From NCBI GenBank assembly GCA_963730185.1, contig CAVSQW010000012.1, forward strand, positions 256,001 through 320,000: a DNA stretch of 64,000 nucleotides. Reading direction: 5' to 3'. This stretch comes from an uncultured Gemmatimonadales bacterium (GTDB lineage Bacteria; Gemmatimonadota; Gemmatimonadetes; Gemmatimonadales; GWC2-71-9). Position numbers and translations under genes: made by a program. Positions 59,665-64,000 of this stretch are shown one piece after another; positions within the stretch are counted from its first letter, which is position 1; every line of letters begins with the position of its first letter. The notes under the pieces are model-generated. The model worked only from the letters and a program-made list of their open reading frames with translations. It was not told the origin of the DNA and made no database searches.

Positions 59665-60131
59665 GCCTCACCTCCCGACAGCCGCTTGAGCGCGTCCTGG
59701 AACTCGCCCAGAGCCTCGATGATCTCTTTCCGCTGATCGTCGTTCTCCCAAGCCCGCCGCACCGCGAGCACCGAGAACCGCTCCCGCATCCGGTGCAGGA
59801 GATCGATCTGGCTCTGGAGATCGGCCAGGTCGTTCCGCTTGCCCGGGGTCCGGGAGCCGATCTTCTTGGGATCGAAGTCCTTGAGGCTGTTGAACTCGAG
59901 ATCGGCGACGAACTCGGTGCCCTCTTCCCCGACGGTCGTCTTGAAGTCGAGGGCGGGCTTGAACTTGTCGAAGGCCTCCTGGAGGTCGGAGACCTTGGTC
60001 GGGCCCTCATCCTCGGGGCATTCCTCTCCCACCCGCTCGACGGTCATCGGCATGACGGTCGCCGTGGTTTCGGTGGGAACCTGACGGGGCGCCTGTTTGA
60101 CGCCGGCACGGGTGACTTTGACGACTGGCAT
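59661..60131 (-). CDS. tssB: Contractile sheath small subunit TssB (T6SSiii-like)
   Basis: 156 aa; EAFDKFKP, LEFNSLKDFDPK and ENDDQRKEIIEAL motifs; directly upstream of tssC. Confidence 0.8.
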   Translation of the reverse strand: MPVVKVTRAGVKQAPRQVPTETTATVMPMTVERVGEECPEDEGPTKVSDLQEAFDKFKPALDFKTTVGEEGTEFVADLEFNSLKDFDPKKIGSRTPGKRNDLADLQSQIDLLHRMRERFSVLAVRRAWENDDQRKEIIEALGEFQDALKRLSGGEA

Positions 60132-60182
60132 GGGATTCCGGTCTCCGGGAGCGAGCGACGACGGTTCGGGATGCCGACCGCG

Positions 60183-60211
60183 AAAATATCAGCGACAGGG
60201 GGTCGCTCGAA
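60183..60211 (-). promoter_or_regulatory. Candidate sigma70 promoter for tssB with palindrome in the spacer
   Basis: Minus strand reads TTCGAG-17 nt-TATTTT with extended TG; AGCGAC-N5-GTCGCT at 60191-60207. Confidence 0.4.
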
Positions 60212-60377
60212 CGGCGGCATCGAGTCTGACAACGGTGAGCGGGACCTGCCAGTTAGATACCTTCGATCTGCCTGTCCCGCAAGGCGTTGGAGGGTCGGGA
60301 GGGCCCCGCCGCCCACCCGTTCGACCCCAACGCCAATCTCCAATCCCTAGGGAAGCGACGATGCCGCCGCGGGTCCC

Positions 60378-61694
60378 TCACCCCGCCCGCGCCTTGGCCG
60401 CCGTCACGTCCGCCGGCTTCCTGGGCGCCGCCTCCTTGAGGTCGGTCCGGAGCCCGCCGGCCAGCTTGGCCTTCTTCTTGGGCGCCGCGGCCGTCGCCGC
60501 GCCGGCCGGCAGGATCCGGGGCCAGAGCAGCCGGGGCAGCACCAGCCAGAGCAGGGCCAGCAGGATCAGCACGAATAGCGCCAACGGAATCCGGCGGTCG
60601 ATCACCTCCGACCCACCGAGCTGATTGGAAATCCCCGCCGGGATGACCCCCGGCGACACCACCCCCGAGAAAGCCGGCAACGCCATCACCGGTGGCCGCC
60701 AGACGGCCACCCCAGTGGCGGCTGCCGCGCCCCCGCCCAAGGCAAGGCTGGTCCCGATCGCCGTCCACCCTCGCCCAAGCTCCTCCCGCCCCCCGCTCGG
60801 CACGGGGAACGCCAGCTCCCAGGTCGACGAAAGCAGGTTCCGGATGTCGTCCAGCGGCCGGGCCAGCTCGAAGGCGTCGATCGGGACCACGTAGCTCCGA
60901 CCGCGGGGGCCCGCAAGCGCCTGGAGCGCTCGCGGGTCGACCCCACCGCCCAGCCCGATCACCGCCGTCACCAGACCCGAGTTGGCCACGGCCCGGGCCG
61001 CCGTCTGGAGCCCGGCCGCGCCGGTCAGGAGCCCGGAGTCGTCGCCCGGATGGTCCACATCGTTGTTGCCGTCGGTCAGCACCACCAGGACACCCAGGGC
61101 GTCCGCCCCGGCCTGCGCCAGCTCGGTCTTGAGCCGCTCGGTCCCCAGGTCGATCGCGCTGTAGAGGCCGGTGTTCTCCCGGTCGGGCGTGGGAAGGGCC
61201 TCCACCTGATCGATCGCCTGCGCCGGCGGGACGAACCGGGCGCTCCGGATCCGGCCGGCCACGTCCACGCTCCCGAACGGGGCGACCGCCACCTGGATGG
61301 CGCCGTCGGCCATCGATTCCAGGGAGCGAAGGAGGTTGTCCTTGAGGACGATCTTGGCGGTCCCGATCCCCAGGTTCCGCATGCTGCCGCTCACGTCCAC
61401 CAGCATCAGGATCCGCGCCGGCCGGCTCCGGACTCCCGGAAGCCGCCGGGCGAAGGCGACGATCCCGTCGTCACCCCGGAACCGGATCCGCCAGGCCGAG
61501 TCGACCGCGGCCGCTGGCGCGGTGGCAATCCGCCGGGCGGCGTCGACGGTGACGTCGATGGTGGTGGTGAGACAGGCCTGGTTGGTGTTGTCGGCACAGC
61601 GCACCAGCAGCGCGTCGGGCAGCTGAGCCTGGCCCGGCGCCGCCATCCCCGCCAGCAGGGCAACGAGCCCGAAGGCACTCCGGCGCTCGCTCAC
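60378..61694 (-). CDS. Membrane-anchored VWA (MIDAS) domain protein
   Basis: Signal peptide; LVDVSGSM, TGLYSAI and VLTDG form a complete MIDAS; C-terminal TM and Lys-rich tail; GTGA overlap with the upstream gene. Confidence 0.88.
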   Translation of the reverse strand: MSERRSAFGLVALLAGMAAPGQAQLPDALLVRCADNTNQACLTTTIDVTVDAARRIATAPAAAVDSAWRIRFRGDDGIVAFARRLPGVRSRPARILMLVDVSGSMRNLGIGTAKIVLKDNLLRSLESMADGAIQVAVAPFGSVDVAGRIRSARFVPPAQAIDQVEALPTPDRENTGLYSAIDLGTERLKTELAQAGADALGVLVVLTDGNNDVDHPGDDSGLLTGAAGLQTAARAVANSGLVTAVIGLGGGVDPRALQALAGPRGRSYVVPIDAFELARPLDDIRNLLSSTWELAFPVPSGGREELGRGWTAIGTSLALGGGAAAATGVAVWRPPVMALPAFSGVVSPGVIPAGISNQLGGSEVIDRRIPLALFVLILLALLWLVLPRLLWPRILPAGAATAAAPKKKAKLAGGLRTDLKEAAPRKPADVTAAKARAG

Positions 61695-62830
61695 AGGGAC
61701 GCCTCCGGGAACCGGCGGAACCGGAACTGGTGCTCGCCCAGGACCACCACGTCATCGTTCAGGAGATCGGTCGGTCCGGTGATCGGCTGGGCGGCGAGCA
61801 CGGCGCGCTCTCCCCCCTGACCCGTCGGAGCGATGGCCAGCCGGCCCCGCTGCGCTCGCACCTGGAACCGCCGTCCGAAGGCGTTGGCCACGTCGTCGAG
61901 CACCTCCCACTCCCGGTGGCGGATGAGCCCGACCGAGCCGCCGCTCACGGTCTCGAGCTCGACCACCCCCAACGCCCGGGCCGGCCGGCTCAGCCCGTAG
62001 CCCAACCCCGAGCCCACCAGCACGAAGGCGATCAGTTGCCAGAGGTCGGTCGGGCCCGGGAGCGACATGATCAGGCCGCCGAGCGCCCCGGCGCCCAGGC
62101 CGAACAGGAGCCCGTCGAGCAGCCGGCCTCGGTCACGACCGAACCAACGGGCCCCCAACACGAGGCCGCCCAGACCGCCCGACAGGCCCCACACCAGCAG
62201 CCGGGCCACGATGAACCCTTGACGGGAGCTGCCGAGACCCCCCAACCCGGCGACCAGCAGCCCGAGCAGGGCGCCCACCGTGGTCCCGACCACCCCGAGC
62301 ACCAGCCCGATCGCCACCGCCGCCACCGCCGCTTCGTTCCGCCGGAGCGCCGCGAAGCCGAGGATCGCCGCTCCAACGAAGGCGCCGAGAATCGCGGCCA
62401 CCGTCAGGTCGAGGGTGCCGTAGCTCACCAGCACGGTCCCCAAATCGGTGAAGAGCGACCCGACCAGCCAGGCGACGGCGCCGCCCGACAGCCCGGCCAC
62501 CAGACCGATGTACGCCCCCTTGGGTAGGAACGGTTTGGCCGGCGGCTCCGGCCGGGCCGTCTTCGGACCGGTCCGCCGCTGCATCCGGAGCTCGATCGAG
62601 TAGAGCGGGGCGATCCGGAGGGTCTCGGGCGGCTGCTGGAGATCGAGGGAGCGGCCGTTCCAGGCCACGAACAGCTCGTCCTCGGGCCCTCCCTTGAGCA
62701 TGATCCCCCGCTGGCGGAGCTCTTCCAGGACGTGGCGGAGCTGGGGGCCGAGCGGCCGGTCGTCGTCCAGCGTGAAGGGCACCCGCTCCAACCCGCGCTC
62801 GGTGACGAGATCGATGTTGTAGGTCGGCAT
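61691..62830 (-). CDS. Ubiquitin-like (YukD/EsaB-type) + multi-TM + degenerate FHA-like membrane protein
   Basis: N-terminal beta-grasp-like pattern (YNIDLV/VPFTL/helix/LFVAWNGRSLD/IELRM); about 6 Gly-rich TM helices; C-terminal LLNDDVVVLGEHQFRF. Confidence 0.6.
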   Translation of the reverse strand: MPTYNIDLVTERGLERVPFTLDDDRPLGPQLRHVLEELRQRGIMLKGGPEDELFVAWNGRSLDLQQPPETLRIAPLYSIELRMQRRTGPKTARPEPPAKPFLPKGAYIGLVAGLSGGAVAWLVGSLFTDLGTVLVSYGTLDLTVAAILGAFVGAAILGFAALRRNEAAVAAVAIGLVLGVVGTTVGALLGLLVAGLGGLGSSRQGFIVARLLVWGLSGGLGGLVLGARWFGRDRGRLLDGLLFGLGAGALGGLIMSLPGPTDLWQLIAFVLVGSGLGYGLSRPARALGVVELETVSGGSVGLIRHREWEVLDDVANAFGRRFQVRAQRGRLAIAPTGQGGERAVLAAQPITGPTDLLNDDVVVLGEHQFRFRRFPEASL

Positions 62831-62844
62831 GGGCTAGGAGCGGC

Positions 62845-62890
62845 TGGTGAGTGGGGAGTGGTGACTGGGGAGTGAGTGGTGACTGGTGAG
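62845..62890. repeat. Heptamer tandem repeat TGG(T/G)GA(G/C)
   Basis: TGGTGAG TGGGGAG TGGTGAC TGGGGAG TGAG TGGTGAC TGGTGAG, intergenic. Confidence 0.8.
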
Positions 62891-62905
62891 TAGCGGCATC
62901 GTCGA

Positions 62906-64000
62906 TCAGACGGTGGTCAGGGTTCGCAGCAGGGTCAAGGCCTGATCGATGGAGCGGCGATGGGTGCGGAAGGCCAGCGCCACCAGGCGGAGGGTGAACC
63001 GGTCGTTCAGCAGCGTCGACGACAGGAACACCCGGCCATCCTTCCGCACCGCGTCGACGATGCCCTGGTTGATTCGGGTCAGCTCGGCCTCGCGGGCCAA
63101 CGGATCGCTCGGGAGCCCCTGGTCCGGCACCCAGCGGTAGGTGACGATCGAGAGCTCGGGCGGAGGACCGACCTCGAAGCCGAGGCGGGCGACCTCGTTC
63201 CGGAAGTAGCGGGCCAGGAGGAGCTTCTCCTCGAGCGCCGCGCGGAACGGACCGAGGCCCAGGAGCTTGAGCGGCAGCCAGAGCCGGAGCGCGCGGAAGT
63301 GCTTGGTCAGCTCGGGCGACACGTCCGCCGGCGAGATCTCGCTCGCGTGGCGGGCGGCGTCCTGCATGTAGTTGGCCTGGTAGTGATGGGTCGCCATCAG
63401 GGCCTGGCGGTCGCGGACCAGCACCACGCCCAGCCCGTAGGGCAGAAAGAGGCTCTTGTGGGGATCCATCACGACGGAATCGGACTGCTCGATCCCCCGG
63501 AGCAGGGTCCGGCCATGCTCGGTGAGCAGGAAGAACCCGCCGTAGGCCGCGTCGACGTGGAACCAGCAGCCGGCCCGCTTGGCGATCGGCGCGATGGCCG
63601 CCAAGGGATCGACCGCCCCGGTGTCGGTGGTGCCGGCCGACCCGATCACCAGCCAGGGAAGGAGCCCCCGGGCCCGGTCTTCGGCGATGGTCGCGTCCAG
63701 GGCCTCGGGGATCATCCGATGGCGCTCGTCGACCGGGAGGTAGCGGCGGACGGCCTCGCCCAGCCCCGCGATCCGGAGCGCCTTGTCGACGCAGTGATGG
63801 GCGTGGGGCGTGAGGTAGACCACGGCGCGGTGGAAGTCGGCCCCTTTCAACCCATGGGCGTCGCGCGCGGTGGCGATCGCGATCAGGTTGGCGATGCTGC
63901 CACCCGAGGCGAGGTTGCCGCCGGCGTCGGCGGGATAGCCCACCAGGCCGGCCATCCATTCGAGCAGCATGTTCTCCATCCGGACCGGGCCTGGACCGGT
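62906..64000 (-). CDS. Group II PLP-dependent amino acid decarboxylase (5' end outside the window)
   Basis: SGGSIAN, AGTTDTGAVD, WFHVDAAYGG and DPHKSLFLPYG (PLP Lys) motifs. Confidence 0.92.
   Translation of the reverse strand, partial: TGPGPVRMENMLLEWMAGLVGYPADAGGNLASGGSIANLIAIATARDAHGLKGADFHRAVVYLTPHAHHCVDKALRIAGLGEAVRRYLPVDERHRMIPEALDATIAEDRARGLLPWLVIGSAGTTDTGAVDPLAAIAPIAKRAGCWFHVDAAYGGFFLLTEHGRTLLRGIEQSDSVVMDPHKSLFLPYGLGVVLVRDRQALMATHHYQANYMQDAARHASEISPADVSPELTKHFRALRLWLPLKLLGLGPFRAALEEKLLLARYFRNEVARLGFEVGPPPELSIVTYRWVPDQGLPSDPLAREAELTRINQGIVDAVRKDGRVFLSSTLLNDRFTLRLVALAFRTHRRSIDQALTLLRTLTTV

Noticed and set aside
50863..60131. Prophage tail, R-type tailocin or eCIS (Afp/PVC)
   Set aside because: No capsid, terminase, integrase, lysis, tape-measure, fibre or Afp15/16-like genes; a split sheath plus TssK plus Clp ATPase fits a T6SS.
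62906..64000. PLP decarboxylase as a member of the T6SS-like locus
   Set aside because: An ordinary metabolic enzyme separated by a repeat-containing spacer; co-orientation is the only link.
1..64000. tRNA, rRNA, IS elements, integrases
   Set aside because: None recognised by eye; small RNAs could be missed without covariance-model searches.

Overview
Very GC-rich bacterial DNA. The gene content (two PadR + ADOP permease pairs, many secreted peptidases, DUF885, OPT) suggests a Gemmatimonadota/Acidobacteriota-like host, which is inference only. Bases 1-38.3 kb hold housekeeping and peptide-scavenging genes; three genes in the first 10 kb are broken by single-base frameshifts that look like sequencing errors. 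Bases 38.4-41.7 kb hold an arsR-arsM-metallophosphoesterase-acr3 arsenic operon with a clear promoter and two operators. The main feature is a ~17 kb minus-strand locus (46.1-62.8 kb) encoding a contractile injection system. Its sheath, tube and gp25 proteins resemble the Bacteroidota-type T6SS (subtype iii): tssB, tssC, an unknown ORF, tssD, tssE, vgrG, tssF, tssG, tssK and a Clp ATPase. No recognisable TssJLM or TssNOPQR membrane complex, TssA, PAAR or effector is present in the window. Instead it is flanked by a ubiquitin-like/multi-TM/FHA protein, a membrane-anchored VWA protein, a TPR-TM-FHA protein and a stand-alone Ser/Thr kinase. A nearby FHA-TM protein carries a putative Zn peptidoglycan-peptidase domain. 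The TssG has a PASTA-like N-terminus, and the ATPase is ClpB-like with an altered pore loop. This may be an undescribed T6SS variant. All family calls come from motif recognition by eye, not from database searches.
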